This document shows, one piece after another, positions 29,689 to 39,721 of a stretch of DNA of 64,000 nucleotides. Both the position numbers and the translations under genes were made by a program. This DNA is from Nitrosopumilus sp. Its GTDB lineage: Archaea > Thermoproteota > Nitrososphaeria > Nitrososphaerales > Nitrosopumilaceae. The stretch's first letter is position 1. Each line of letters begins with the position of its first letter. The stretch is from NCBI GenBank assembly GCA_963667665.2, contig OY763927.2:992001-1056000 (forward strand), read 5' to 3'. The notes under the pieces were generated by a model that did no database searches, was not told the origin of the DNA, and was given only the letters and a program-made list of their open reading frames with translations.

Positions 29689-30786
29689 ATGTTGCCGGGA
29701 AGTTCTATTGGTCAGCGTCTTGTTTTAACAAGTTTTGGGGAAAGTCATGGAAAAGCTATTGGTGCTGTGTTAGATGGCTGCCCTGCGGGATTAGAAATTG
29801 ATGAAAAAGATATCCAAACTATGTTAAATCAAAGAAGACCAGGTCAAAATATTATTTCAACTCAAAGAAAAGAGGGAGATGTTGTTGAAATTATATCAGG
29901 AGTCTTTAGAGGATACACCACTGGGGCTCCAATTACAATGATGATTTGGAATAGTGACCAAAAATCAAAAGATTATGAAAGTTTGAAAACAAAACTAAGA
30001 CCAGGACATTCAGACTATCCTGCCATGGTGAAATACAATCATTATAATGATTACAGAGGGGGAGGTAGATTTTCTGGACGATTAACTGCAACTCACGTTA
30101 TGGGAGGAGCTATTGCAAGAAAATTACTCAAAGTAACATTAGGAATTGAAACAAACTCGTACACATCACAAATTGGAAAAGTAAAGATGGTGAGAGAATT
30201 CAATGAAAAAATGATCAAATCAATTTATAAAAATGATGTAAGATGTCCTGAAAACAAAACTGCAAAAATGATGAGGACAAGTATTTTGAATGCAAGAAAA
30301 AAAGGAGATTCACTTGGAGGAATAATTGAATCAATTACAACAAATGTTCCAGTAGGATTAGGTGAACCAATTTTTAGCTCCTTAGAATCAGATTTGAGTA
30401 AAGCAATTTTTTCAATTCCGTCTGTAAAAGGAGTTGAGTTTGGTTCAGGATTTAGAGGCTCAGAACTATATGGTTCTGAAAATAATGACTTGTATACAAT
30501 TAAGAAAGGAAAGATAATTACAAAGACAAATAATTCTGGAGGAATTCTTGGAGGAATTTCAAATGGAATGCCAATCACTATGAGAATTGCATTCAAGCCA
30601 GCGTCATCAATTGCACAAAAACAAAGCACAGTAGACATTAAGACTAAAAAAGAAACAATTCTTCAAGTTAAAGGAAGGCACGACCCTTGTGTAGTACCTA
30701 GAGCCCCACCAGTAGTAGACTCACTTGTAGCCTTGACCATAGCAGATCATGCACTCCTTGCAGGAACAATCAAGCCTGTTTTATAA
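29689..30786 (+). CDS. aroC: Chorismate synthase
   Basis: FGESHG, RPGHSD, GGISNG and GRHDPC motifs. Confidence 0.97.
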   Translation: MLPGSSIGQRLVLTSFGESHGKAIGAVLDGCPAGLEIDEKDIQTMLNQRRPGQNIISTQRKEGDVVEIISGVFRGYTTGAPITMMIWNSDQKSKDYESLKTKLRPGHSDYPAMVKYNHYNDYRGGGRFSGRLTATHVMGGAIARKLLKVTLGIETNSYTSQIGKVKMVREFNEKMIKSIYKNDVRCPENKTAKMMRTSILNARKKGDSLGGIIESITTNVPVGLGEPIFSSLESDLSKAIFSIPSVKGVEFGSGFRGSELYGSENNDLYTIKKGKIITKTNNSGGILGGISNGMPITMRIAFKPASSIAQKQSTVDIKTKKETILQVKGRHDPCVVPRAPPVVDSLVALTIADHALLAGTIKPVL

Positions 30787-30790
30787 GAAA

Positions 30791-32161
30791 ATGTCAGATA
30801 TCAATGATCTTCGAAATAAGATGGACGAAGTTACACTGGAAATGATAAAGCTACTAAAGACTAGAACAGATATTGCAAAAGAGATTGGGAAAGTAAAAAA
30901 GAATCTAGGTAAAGGAATTACTGATGAATCACGAGAAGGCAATTTACGTGGAAAAGTAATCTCATTATCCAAGAGTATAGGACTTGATGAAACAATTGCA
31001 ACAAAATATTTGAATTTTCTCTTAAATGAATCAATAAAAGTTCAATCATCCAATAAACAAACACACCTATCTATTTTCTTAAAAGCAAAATCACTAGAAG
31101 AGCAAGGAAAGAAGATTATTCACATGGAGGTTGGGGAACCAGATTTTTTGCCACCGCCTATTGTAAAAAAGGCTTTAGAAGAAGTATTTGAAAAAGGATT
31201 TCTAAAATATGGCCAAGCAAAAGGGATGCCAATCTTTAGAGAAGCACTTGCAAAATATATCTCAGGCAAATTCAACACCAAGGTTACACAAGATAATATC
31301 ATAGTTAGTCCGGGTGCAAGATTTTCAATTTTCACGGCAATATCAACACTTCTTAATCCAGGTGATGAAATGATCGTTATAGAACCTGCGTGGCCTGCAT
31401 ACAAAGAATGTGCATTAAACTCTGGAATTAAAGTTAGAACCATCAACACAACCCTAGAAGATAACTGGGAACCATCTTTAGAGCAGATAGAAAATACGAT
31501 TAATTCAAACACAAAAATGATTGTACTAAACTATCCAAATAATCCAACAGGAAGGATTCTTCCTGAAAAATTACAAGACGGTATAGTAGACCTAGCTAGA
31601 AAAAATAGTCTCTATGTGTTAAGTGATGAGATCTATTCGCAATATGCAAAAAGTAGTTGGAAGAGTATTCTAAGTTACAATTATGAAAAAAGTATTGTTA
31701 CTCAATCATTTTCAAAATCTCATGCCATGACAGGATTCAGAATTGGATATGGTATAGCTGATACAAAAATTATTGAAAAAATGGCAAAATTAGAGGCATT
31801 GTGCCTAACAAATGTCTCTGAACCCATTCAATACATAGCTATGAAAGCATTAGAAGCAGACACTTCCAAGAATACTAATACAGTACAAAATAGACTAGAC
31901 GTATTGGTACAGAAAGCAAAAGAAATTGGTTTAGATTTTGTTGTGCCAGATGGTGCCATGTACCTTTTTGCACGAGTTAACCAAGAGGGATTTGACGGGG
32001 TTCAATTTGCCAATAGTACACTGGAGAAGGGTTTAGCAGTTGCACCAGGAGAAGGATTTGGAGATTACAAAAATTTTATTAGAATTTCTGCATGTCAAGA
32101 TGAAAAAATACTAATTGGCGGAATGAATATACTAAATAACATAATGAGTGGAAAACAATGA
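30791..32161 (+). CDS. Chorismate mutase fused to class I/II aminotransferase
   Basis: N-terminal AroQ-like LRNKMDEV...R...IGKVK...DESRE, then GEPDF, YPNNPTG, SDEIY and SFSKSHAMTGFRIG. Confidence 0.88.
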   Translation: MSDINDLRNKMDEVTLEMIKLLKTRTDIAKEIGKVKKNLGKGITDESREGNLRGKVISLSKSIGLDETIATKYLNFLLNESIKVQSSNKQTHLSIFLKAKSLEEQGKKIIHMEVGEPDFLPPPIVKKALEEVFEKGFLKYGQAKGMPIFREALAKYISGKFNTKVTQDNIIVSPGARFSIFTAISTLLNPGDEMIVIEPAWPAYKECALNSGIKVRTINTTLEDNWEPSLEQIENTINSNTKMIVLNYPNNPTGRILPEKLQDGIVDLARKNSLYVLSDEIYSQYAKSSWKSILSYNYEKSIVTQSFSKSHAMTGFRIGYGIADTKIIEKMAKLEALCLTNVSEPIQYIAMKALEADTSKNTNTVQNRLDVLVQKAKEIGLDFVVPDGAMYLFARVNQEGFDGVQFANSTLEKGLAVAPGEGFGDYKNFIRISACQDEKILIGGMNILNNIMSGKQ

Positions 32162-33012
32162 AAAAGAAAGTTACAATTCTTGGTGCTGGAGGCCAAATGG
32201 GTCAATGGTTCACAAAATATTTTGCAGGTAAAAATTTTGAAGTAACAGGTTATGATTCAGAAAACAAAGTTTCAGGTAAAGATGTCATAGTATCAGAATC
32301 TTTGGTAGGGGCAATTCTAAAAGCAGATTATGTGGTTTTAGCTACACCCACAAGAAGAACACCAGAGATTATCAGATTAATTGCAAAAGAGATGAAACGT
32401 GGGACATACCTCATTGAAATTTCATCTGAAAAATCTAAGGTAGCAGCATCATTAGCAAAAATGCCAGCAAAAATTAATCCAATTTGTATCCATCCAATGT
32501 TTGGCCCAGGAATAAAAACAATAAAAGGTCAAAATATAATTTCAATTCCAATCAAAGATGCTAAAAATGAATTAACAGTTGCAAAATCATTATTTGAAGG
32601 AGCAAACTTTGTTACAATAGATGCAATTGAACATGACAAAAAGATTGCCGTGATTTTAGGATTAACCCATTTAATGAATGTTGTTTTTGCAAAAATTATC
32701 TCAAAAGATGAAAAGATGATGCTAACAGAAAAAATGTCAGGAACTACTTTTAGAGTACAAAAGACATTAGCAGAAAGCATAATGACTGAATCTCCAGAAT
32801 TAATTGAAACAATTATTGCAAACCCAGAGATTCGAAGAGTTGCCGAGGAACTTTGGAAGGATGTAGGTAGACTACTCACAGCAGTTCAAGAATCAAAAAC
32901 AGAAGAGGTCGTTACTTACATCAAGGAGGTTCAGGAAAAACTTGCAGAGCATACTGACCTCAATGAATCATACAAAAGACTAACAAAAATGGTAAAAGCC
33001 GTTGAAAAATAG
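32158..33012 (+). CDS. tyrA: Prephenate dehydrogenase
   Basis: GAGGQMG, IHPMFGP and EHDKKIA..LGLTH motifs. Confidence 0.9.
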   Translation: MKKKVTILGAGGQMGQWFTKYFAGKNFEVTGYDSENKVSGKDVIVSESLVGAILKADYVVLATPTRRTPEIIRLIAKEMKRGTYLIEISSEKSKVAASLAKMPAKINPICIHPMFGPGIKTIKGQNIISIPIKDAKNELTVAKSLFEGANFVTIDAIEHDKKIAVILGLTHLMNVVFAKIISKDEKMMLTEKMSGTTFRVQKTLAESIMTESPELIETIIANPEIRRVAEELWKDVGRLLTAVQESKTEEVVTYIKEVQEKLAEHTDLNESYKRLTKMVKAVEK

Positions 33013-33017
33013 CAGAT

Positions 33018-33422
33018 ATGCGCTCAACGAAAATAGTTACATCATTCATTAAAGATAATGAAAAATTATTGATTCTAAAGAGAAGTAATAAAGTAAAATC
33101 AATGAAGGGATTATGGGCTGGAATTAGTGGAATTATAGAAAAAAATGAAGAGCCATTAAAAAGAGCAAAGATTGAGATTTTTGAAGAAGTTGGAATAACA
33201 GAAGATTTGATCACACTTGTTAAAACTTCAGAAGAGATGAGAATTAATTCACCTCAATATGAAAATCATGAATGGGAGATATTTCCATTTTTGTTTGAAG
33301 TAAAAAATCCAACAATAAAGCTGAATTGGGAAAATTCTGAGTTCAAGTGGATAAATGTAGAAGAACTAGAAAATTACGAAACAGTTCCTAGTCTTCAAAA
33401 AGTATTATTCAATCTGTTGTAA
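33018..33422 (+). CDS. NUDIX hydrolase
   Basis: WAGISG...EIFEEVG box and LNWEN motif. Confidence 0.88.
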   Translation: MRSTKIVTSFIKDNEKLLILKRSNKVKSMKGLWAGISGIIEKNEEPLKRAKIEIFEEVGITEDLITLVKTSEEMRINSPQYENHEWEIFPFLFEVKNPTIKLNWENSEFKWINVEELENYETVPSLQKVLFNLL

Positions 33423-34733
33423 ATTTTTATTTTCTTTTTGATATTTTTTTTGCTGTGGCAACATCATGTAAACACAAGCTCCACCACACATTGTGCATGG
33501 AACATTATTTCCAGGATGCTGTCCAGTTCTACTATGAATTTTAGCTGCCTCCTCAGGATCTATAGATAATGCAAGTTGTTTTTCCCAGTCCAAAGTACGT
33601 CTAGCTTCAGTCATTTCCATATCCCATTTGATTACCTTGTCACGAATTTTTACAAGATCACCAGCATGAGCTGCAATTCTGTATGCAATTAATCCTGCTT
33701 TTACTTCTTCGACATTTGGTAAAGCTAAATGTTCAGAAGGAGTTAGATAACATAAAAGATCAACTCCTTCACTTGCTGAAACTGCAGCTCCTATTGCACT
33801 TGCAATGTGATCATGACCAGATGCAATATCAGTTACCAAAGGACCAAGAACATAGTATGGTACATCACCAATTAGAGACTTTGCGAGTCTAACATTTGCT
33901 GCAACCTCATTTAGTGGAACATGTCCTGGACCTTCAACCATCACTTGAACATCTTGTTCATGTGCACGTTTTGTTAATTGTGAAATATTGATCATTTCTT
34001 GAACTTGTAATTCATCATGAGAATCCAAAATTGAGCCAGGTCTAAGAGCATCTCCAAGGCTAAATGTTACATCATATTTTTTTGCCATTTCAATAAGATA
34101 GTCATAATGAGTCACGTATGGGTTTTCTTTGTCATGTTTCAACATCCATGCCGCAGTAATTGTCCCCCCTTTACTTACAACACCACCATATCTCTGAACT
34201 TTCAGGATTCTTTTTGCAATATCTTTTGTAATCCCACAATGAATTGTAACATAATCAACTCCATCTTTTACATTACTTTCAAACGCATTAAGATAATCAT
34301 CTTCAGTTAAATTCAAAGGATTTTTGTGAACTTCTACCCCATAATTGTAGGCTTCATAAATTGGAACAGTTCCAAAAGTAATTGGTGTAACATCCAAAAG
34401 AGTCTGTCTTATTTTTTTAACATCTCCACCATCACTAAGATCCATTAGTGTATCTGCATGATATTTCACTGCAATCTTGGCTTTTTCAATTTCTTCGTCC
34501 AAGTTAACATTTAGAGTAGAGGTTCCAATGTTGACATTTACTTTAGTTTTAAGGCCTTTACCAATTCCAACATTATGAATTTTTTGTGGTCGAATATTAT
34601 TACTTGGGATTATTATAGAACCACGTGCAATTTTTGGAATTAACCAATCAAGTGAAACATCTTCATCTTTTGCCACTTGTTTCATTTCATCAGTAGCAAC
34701 ACCTCGTCGTGCAGCAGTCATTTGAGTTGCCAT
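33405..34733 (-). CDS. thiC: Phosphomethylpyrimidine synthase
   Basis: TKVNVNIGTS, GTVPIY, GDALRPG, EGPGHVP and CTMCG motifs; start MATQM. Confidence 0.97.
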   Translation of the reverse strand: MATQMTAARRGVATDEMKQVAKDEDVSLDWLIPKIARGSIIIPSNNIRPQKIHNVGIGKGLKTKVNVNIGTSTLNVNLDEEIEKAKIAVKYHADTLMDLSDGGDVKKIRQTLLDVTPITFGTVPIYEAYNYGVEVHKNPLNLTEDDYLNAFESNVKDGVDYVTIHCGITKDIAKRILKVQRYGGVVSKGGTITAAWMLKHDKENPYVTHYDYLIEMAKKYDVTFSLGDALRPGSILDSHDELQVQEMINISQLTKRAHEQDVQVMVEGPGHVPLNEVAANVRLAKSLIGDVPYYVLGPLVTDIASGHDHIASAIGAAVSASEGVDLLCYLTPSEHLALPNVEEVKAGLIAYRIAAHAGDLVKIRDKVIKWDMEMTEARRTLDWEKQLALSIDPEEAAKIHSRTGQHPGNNVPCTMCGGACVYMMLPQQKKYQKENKNLQQIE

Positions 34734-34866
34734 GAAGTAATCTATGCATTTACCTGATTTAAACAATCATGAAAATTACAAAAAGTATTGATCGCTAAAA
34801 AATTTCATTACACTATATTAAGAAAATTGATCGATCTTATATGTCATAATTGTGTATTGATCATTA

Positions 34867-34962
34867 TTGGGAACCATCAAAGAATGCAAACATTGTGGTA
34901 GAGAATTTTACAATATGAATGATGAATTTTGTTCGTTTGATTGTGTAACTCAATCATCATAA
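34867..34962 (+). CDS. 31-aa TRASH-like metal-binding microprotein
   Basis: TTG start; MGTIKECKHCGREFYNMNDEFCSFDCVTQSS* (CxxC...FCSxxC). Confidence 0.55.
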   Translation: MGTIKECKHCGREFYNMNDEFCSFDCVTQSS

Positions 34963-34971
34963 TAATCTAAA

Positions 34972-35190
34972 TCAGTTTAGATGTAATTCTTTTTCTAAGT
35001 CGAGTTTTTCACTTGTAATTTTATAAATTCTGTCTAAAATAGGCGCGGTTATTTGTTCAGAATCAGATGAACTTTCAAAATTTTGTTTAATCTCATTAAC
35101 TCTTTCTTTCAATTCAATTTCAGATATAACTAATGAAATATAATTTTGAAGTTTTTGATTTTTAGATTTCACTGACTCTATTTCAGACAT
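34972..35190 (-). CDS. Hypothetical coiled-coil protein
   Basis: 72-aa ORF. Confidence 0.65.
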   Translation of the reverse strand: MSEIESVKSKNQKLQNYISLVISEIELKERVNEIKQNFESSSDSEQITAPILDRIYKITSEKLDLEKELHLN

Positions 35191-35195
35191 ATCTA

Positions 35196-35387
35196 TTATC
35201 TAGGTGGACTCCAGCTCTCTTCAATGTTATTGTCAGTATTTCCAGAAACAAGATATTGTTTTCCACATTTGAAACACTGCCACAAGAATTTGTCATCTTT
35301 CTTTGCTTGATATTGCATAGGCAACAAGCAAGTTGTACACCGTAATTCTTCAGGTGATGAATCATTAATCACTGGAATTTTAGTCAC
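35196..35387 (-). CDS. Small zinc-ribbon protein
   Basis: CTTC ... WQCFKCG; GTG start assumed. Confidence 0.65.
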   Translation of the reverse strand: MTKIPVINDSSPEELRCTTCLLPMQYQAKKDDKFLWQCFKCGKQYLVSGNTDNNIEESWSPPR

Positions 35388-35502
35388 AGGTATTAAACAA
35401 ATCAACAAAGTATAAAATTGATATCAAAAAAAATAACCACACATAGGTAAAAATTCTAGGTTTAAAGGAAAAACAGATTAGTGCTGAGAATAAGAAAATA
35501 TT

Positions 35503-36801
35503 ATGAATTTACTTTCAATCGGGGGTTCTGATCCTTCTTCAGGTGCAGGTATTCAAAGTGACATCAAAACTTTTTCATCATTTAATGTACACGGTTTAAC
35601 AGTAATTACTGCAATTACAGGTCAAAATACTTCAAACTTTGGAATGATTGAACCAGTATCACAAAAAATTCTAAAAAATCAGATGGAATCCGTAACATCA
35701 GATTTTAAAATTGACGGAATAAAAATTGGAATGGTATACAATTCTCAAATTATCAAAGTACTTTATAATCAATTAAAAAAATTAAAAATTCCAATAGTTA
35801 TTGATCCTGTACTAAAATCAACTACGGGTGGATCATTAATAGAAAGATCAGCCATCAAAGATTTTCAAAAATTTATAATTCCACTTGCAACAATAATTAC
35901 ACCAAACAAATTTGAGGCTGAAATTTTATCAAAAACCAAGATCAATACAAAAAATACACCTAAAAAAGTTGCAAAAATAATTCAAAAAATGGGAGCAAAA
36001 AATGTTGTCATTACAGGAATTGAGACAAAAAATAATCAAATATTAGATATTGTACTAGAAAAAAACAATAGTTATTCAATTTCAGGAGACAAAATATCTA
36101 AGATTAGTCATGGTAGTGGATGTAATTATTCTGCAGCCATAATTTTTGCACTTGCAAAAAATAAAAGCATAAAAGAATCTGTAATATTTGCCAAACAATT
36201 TACTCGTAATTCAATAAAAAATGCAAAAAATGTAGGGAAAGGAATTGCAATAACAGATATTCAAGAATATGATAAAATCAATTCAGAATTATCAAATTCC
36301 ATTACAAAATTTATAGAAATTAAAAATATCTATAGAAACATACCAGAATGCCAAACCAATTTTGTATATTCCAAACAAAAACCAAAGTCAATAAAAGATA
36401 TTCTAGGTATATCAGGAAGAATTGTTAAAACTGGAAAACATGTAAAGATTGCAGGAAATTTGACATATGGAGGTTCCAAACATGTTGCAACAGCAGTATT
36501 AACAATGAATAAAAAATTTCCACAAATTTGCTCTGCAATAAATCTAAAATATCAAAACTCCATAATACTAAAAATAAAAAATTCAAAATTGATAGTTTCT
36601 AGTTATGATAGAAATCAAGAACCTAAAAATGTAAAATCGAAAAATTCTACAATGGAATGGGGAATAAAAAGTGCAATTAAAAGTTCAAAGAAAGCACCAG
36701 ATGTGATTTATCACAAAGGGGATTTTGGAAAAGAACCTATGATTATAATTTTTGGAGAAAATCCAAACAATGTTTTGAAAAAAATTTTAAAAATTATTTG
36801 A
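35503..36801 (+). CDS. thiDN: HMP/HMP-P kinase fused to ThiN thiamine-phosphate synthase
   Basis: GSDPSSGAGIQSD, ITPNKFEA and HGSGC, then IPECQTN, GGSKHVA and GDFGKEPMI. Confidence 0.92.
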   Translation: MNLLSIGGSDPSSGAGIQSDIKTFSSFNVHGLTVITAITGQNTSNFGMIEPVSQKILKNQMESVTSDFKIDGIKIGMVYNSQIIKVLYNQLKKLKIPIVIDPVLKSTTGGSLIERSAIKDFQKFIIPLATIITPNKFEAEILSKTKINTKNTPKKVAKIIQKMGAKNVVITGIETKNNQILDIVLEKNNSYSISGDKISKISHGSGCNYSAAIIFALAKNKSIKESVIFAKQFTRNSIKNAKNVGKGIAITDIQEYDKINSELSNSITKFIEIKNIYRNIPECQTNFVYSKQKPKSIKDILGISGRIVKTGKHVKIAGNLTYGGSKHVATAVLTMNKKFPQICSAINLKYQNSIILKIKNSKLIVSSYDRNQEPKNVKSKNSTMEWGIKSAIKSSKKAPDVIYHKGDFGKEPMIIIFGENPNNVLKKILKII

Positions 36802-36859
36802 TACAAGTTTAGTCAGAATCTATCCTTGAACATAAATAGTCAGCCACGAAATAATATTT

Positions 36860-37561
36860 GTGAAAGCAGTTATTCTTGCTGGAGGATTGGGTACAAGACT
36901 TCAACCATACACAAAATTTCTTCCAAAACCAATGTTGCCATTAGGTGAAAAACCAATTTTGGAACATCTAATTGATTGGACAAAGAAAAATGGTGTCAAA
37001 TCAATAGTGTTGTGTGTTAGTTATCTCAGAAAAACTATTGAAAATTATTTTGAAGAGGGTACACGATTTGGAGTTAAAATAGAATATGCAATTTCAAATA
37101 AACCACTAGCTACTGCAGGTCAACTCAAAACTGCAGAAAAATTCATTGATGATACTTTTGTTTGCATATATGGTGATTCAATTTTTGATTTTAGCTTAAG
37201 AAATATGATAAAGCAACACACCAAGAAAAAGGCATTTGTCACCATGAGTCTAAATGAATACAAAACAAACTTACCTTATGGTGTAATTGAGACCTCCAAA
37301 ACTGGAAAAGTCTTAAGCTGGAATGAAAAACCAGAGATTAAAGCTAATGTAAACATGGGATGTTATGTTATGGAACCTAAAATTATGAGTTTTATTCCAA
37401 AAAATAAGCCATACGGAATGGACGATGTGATAAAAAAAGCTATGAATAGAAAAAAATTGGTTAATAGTTTTATCACAAAAAAAGGATTTACAGATATTGG
37501 TAACAAGGCATCTTACAAAAAAGCATATCAAGACTATATTCAAAAACTAGGAAAGATCTGA
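36860..37561 (+). CDS. Sugar-phosphate nucleotidyltransferase
   Basis: AVILAGGLGTRLQP..PKPML, EKP and DIG motifs. Confidence 0.9.
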   Translation: MKAVILAGGLGTRLQPYTKFLPKPMLPLGEKPILEHLIDWTKKNGVKSIVLCVSYLRKTIENYFEEGTRFGVKIEYAISNKPLATAGQLKTAEKFIDDTFVCIYGDSIFDFSLRNMIKQHTKKKAFVTMSLNEYKTNLPYGVIETSKTGKVLSWNEKPEIKANVNMGCYVMEPKIMSFIPKNKPYGMDDVIKKAMNRKKLVNSFITKKGFTDIGNKASYKKAYQDYIQKLGKI

Positions 37562-37569
37562 AAATAAAA

Positions 37570-38007
37570 ATGAGTGAACCAATAATCAGAGAATTAAGAA
37601 AAGAAGACATCTGGAATGGATTTCTAACAACACTTGATACATTAAGACAAGCAAGTGATATTGACAAAAATAAAGCTGACGAAATTTTTGAAAAAATTAA
37701 TTCAAACCCAGATCACATAGTTGCAGTTGCAGAATTAGATGGAAAAATAGTAGGTTCTACAACACTTTTGATTGAACCAAAATTCATTCACAAAGGTGGG
37801 CTAGTAGGCCATATAGAAGATGTTGTAGTAGCTAAAAAATTTCAAGGACAAAAAATAGGTGAAAAAATTATGAAATATCTTCTTAAATTTGCAAAGAATC
37901 GTGGTTGTTACAAGACGATTTTAGATTGTACAGAGGATGTTAAACCATTTTATGAAAAACTTGGTTTCAAGCATATAGCAAACGAATTAAGATTTGATCA
38001 CACTTAG
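37570..38007 (+). CDS. GNA1-like glucosamine-6-phosphate N-acetyltransferase (GNAT)
   Basis: LLIEPKFIH..GHIEDVVV..QGQKIG and GCYKTILDC..FYEKLGF motifs. Confidence 0.85.
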   Translation: MSEPIIRELRKEDIWNGFLTTLDTLRQASDIDKNKADEIFEKINSNPDHIVAVAELDGKIVGSTTLLIEPKFIHKGGLVGHIEDVVVAKKFQGQKIGEKIMKYLLKFAKNRGCYKTILDCTEDVKPFYEKLGFKHIANELRFDHT

Positions 38008-38444
38008 AAATATTCTTTTTTAGGACGAATCTTTTTTTGTTTTGATAAATAAGCTCCAACACCCATAACAAGGATAGATAAGACCATAAACAAAATGGGT
38101 AAGAATCTTACTGCATCTGTAATATAATTATCTTCAATTCTATTTAGCATAGAATAACAAACATACATTCCTACTAACAAAATTATTCCCCCTGCAATAA
38201 TCATTCCTCCAATTGGTCTTGAACCATATCGTCTTGACATGATAAAAGCAACTCCAGCTAAAATTCCAGCTGGGGCAACACCAATTGAAACAAATTGAAT
38301 TAGTTTTGAATCTGCTGAAAATGATCTCAAAAATCCATCATCCTCAGGGATATTAATCATAAAGTTGTAAACTGAAATCATTTCTCCCGCAAACATTGCA
38401 AACAAAGCAACACTGGTAATTGCAAGCCATTTCTCAATTGCCAT
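38004..38444 (-). CDS. Four-TM membrane protein
   Basis: Four hydrophobic segments in 146 aa. Confidence 0.75.
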   Translation of the reverse strand: MAIEKWLAITSVALFAMFAGEMISVYNFMINIPEDDGFLRSFSADSKLIQFVSIGVAPAGILAGVAFIMSRRYGSRPIGGMIIAGGIILLVGMYVCYSMLNRIEDNYITDAVRFLPILFMVLSILVMGVGAYLSKQKKIRPKKEYF

Positions 38445-38486
38445 AATTCTAACAAAATTTAGTTGATAAATAAACCATTCAAAAAA

Positions 38487-39503
38487 TCATTCAATTCCAA
38501 CTAGGTTGGCTAATTCTTTCCTGCATGCTGCACCAAGTTTTTCAGCAGCTTCTTCAGGAGAGATATCATTTAAGAAAATTCCATATCCACGTTCTAAACC
38601 AGACCAGGGTTTGGTAATTGGGTATATTTCAATATGCCAATGAATTTGTCTACTGTTTTTCTTTTCAGGAGAAAGATGGAAGACCAAATTATATGAAACA
38701 TTTTTGACAGCCTTTGAAAGACCGCCCAAAGTTGACCTGAGAATTAAGGATAAATCATTGATTTCTTTTTGAGTAATTTTAGAGAAACTAGTGGTATGTT
38801 TTTTAGGAGAAATCCAAAATTCATATGGATATGAAGGAGCCCATGGGCAAAATGCAATAAATCCTTCTGTTTGAAGAACCTGTCTTGGACCACTAATCTC
38901 CTCATTTATTACCTGACACATAGGACAAACACCTTTTTCATTTAGAATTTTGTGAGAGGCTTCTGCTTCTTCTTCAATTATTGGAGGAATTGTGGAAAGT
39001 GTCAAAAGATGAAGATGAGGATGAGGATTAGTATTACCAGCTAATTCGCCATGATCACCATAAATTGTAACATAAGTTACTCCTTTTTGTGTATAAAGCC
39101 ATCTCAATCTATCTTGAACTACAACTAGAACGTTTGACCATTGTTCTGTATCAATTGTTGCAAATGTATCTTTTTTATTTGGTGTTGTAACTACAATGTA
39201 ATGATAACCATATGCAGGTTCACTGTAGAAAGGCCTATCACTGTAAGAGTTTTCAGTGTCAATTGAAACTATTGGATTCTTACTTTCAAAAACTCTAATT
39301 GACCAATTCGTTACATTTTCATCTTCATTGTCTTGAAGACGTTGCAGCATTCCTTCTTTTTCAACAAGAGACAAAACAGAAGGATTTGTCATGGATTCAT
39401 TACCAGGAGCAAAAGGAAATTTTTTTGGATCGACAACTTTATCGTCTTTTTTTGCAACAATCATGAAACGCTCGGAAACATAACCCTTACGCATATCTCC
39501 CAT
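38487..39503 (-). CDS. galT: Galactose-1-phosphate uridylyltransferase family (HIT-like)
   Basis: PFAPGNE, AYGYHYIVV, HPH, CPMC and HWHIEIYP...GLERG motifs. Confidence 0.82.
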   Translation of the reverse strand: MGDMRKGYVSERFMIVAKKDDKVVDPKKFPFAPGNESMTNPSVLSLVEKEGMLQRLQDNEDENVTNWSIRVFESKNPIVSIDTENSYSDRPFYSEPAYGYHYIVVTTPNKKDTFATIDTEQWSNVLVVVQDRLRWLYTQKGVTYVTIYGDHGELAGNTNPHPHLHLLTLSTIPPIIEEEAEASHKILNEKGVCPMCQVINEEISGPRQVLQTEGFIAFCPWAPSYPYEFWISPKKHTTSFSKITQKEINDLSLILRSTLGGLSKAVKNVSYNLVFHLSPEKKNSRQIHWHIEIYPITKPWSGLERGYGIFLNDISPEEAAEKLGAACRKELANLVGIE

Positions 39504-39721
39504 AATTATTATTTGAAGTAAATGTCTGTTAAAACGTTTACTAAGATCTATTCAATGTCAAAATTAAAAAAAATTGCAATATAATTTTCACAATATTAGG
39601 AAAATAGTACTTTCATCAAAAAATAAATGTTTTTGAAAATCAAAAATCTGTAGAAATTTATTTTCATATTTTATTTTGATCGCATTTTTTTATGTAAGCT
39701 TTAAAGGAAAGTATTAGAACT

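Noticed and set aside
21303-35448. ATAGGT hexamer upstream of ubiD, aroA', aroC (reverse) and thiDN as a regulon motif
   Set aside because: It is too short for an AT-rich genome and its flanks are inconsistent; it would need an enrichment test.
34734-35502. TPP riboswitch upstream of thiC or thiDN
   Set aside because: A GCTGAGA occurs near 35483, but no CCTGA...AATGC...GGGA core or supporting helices were seen.
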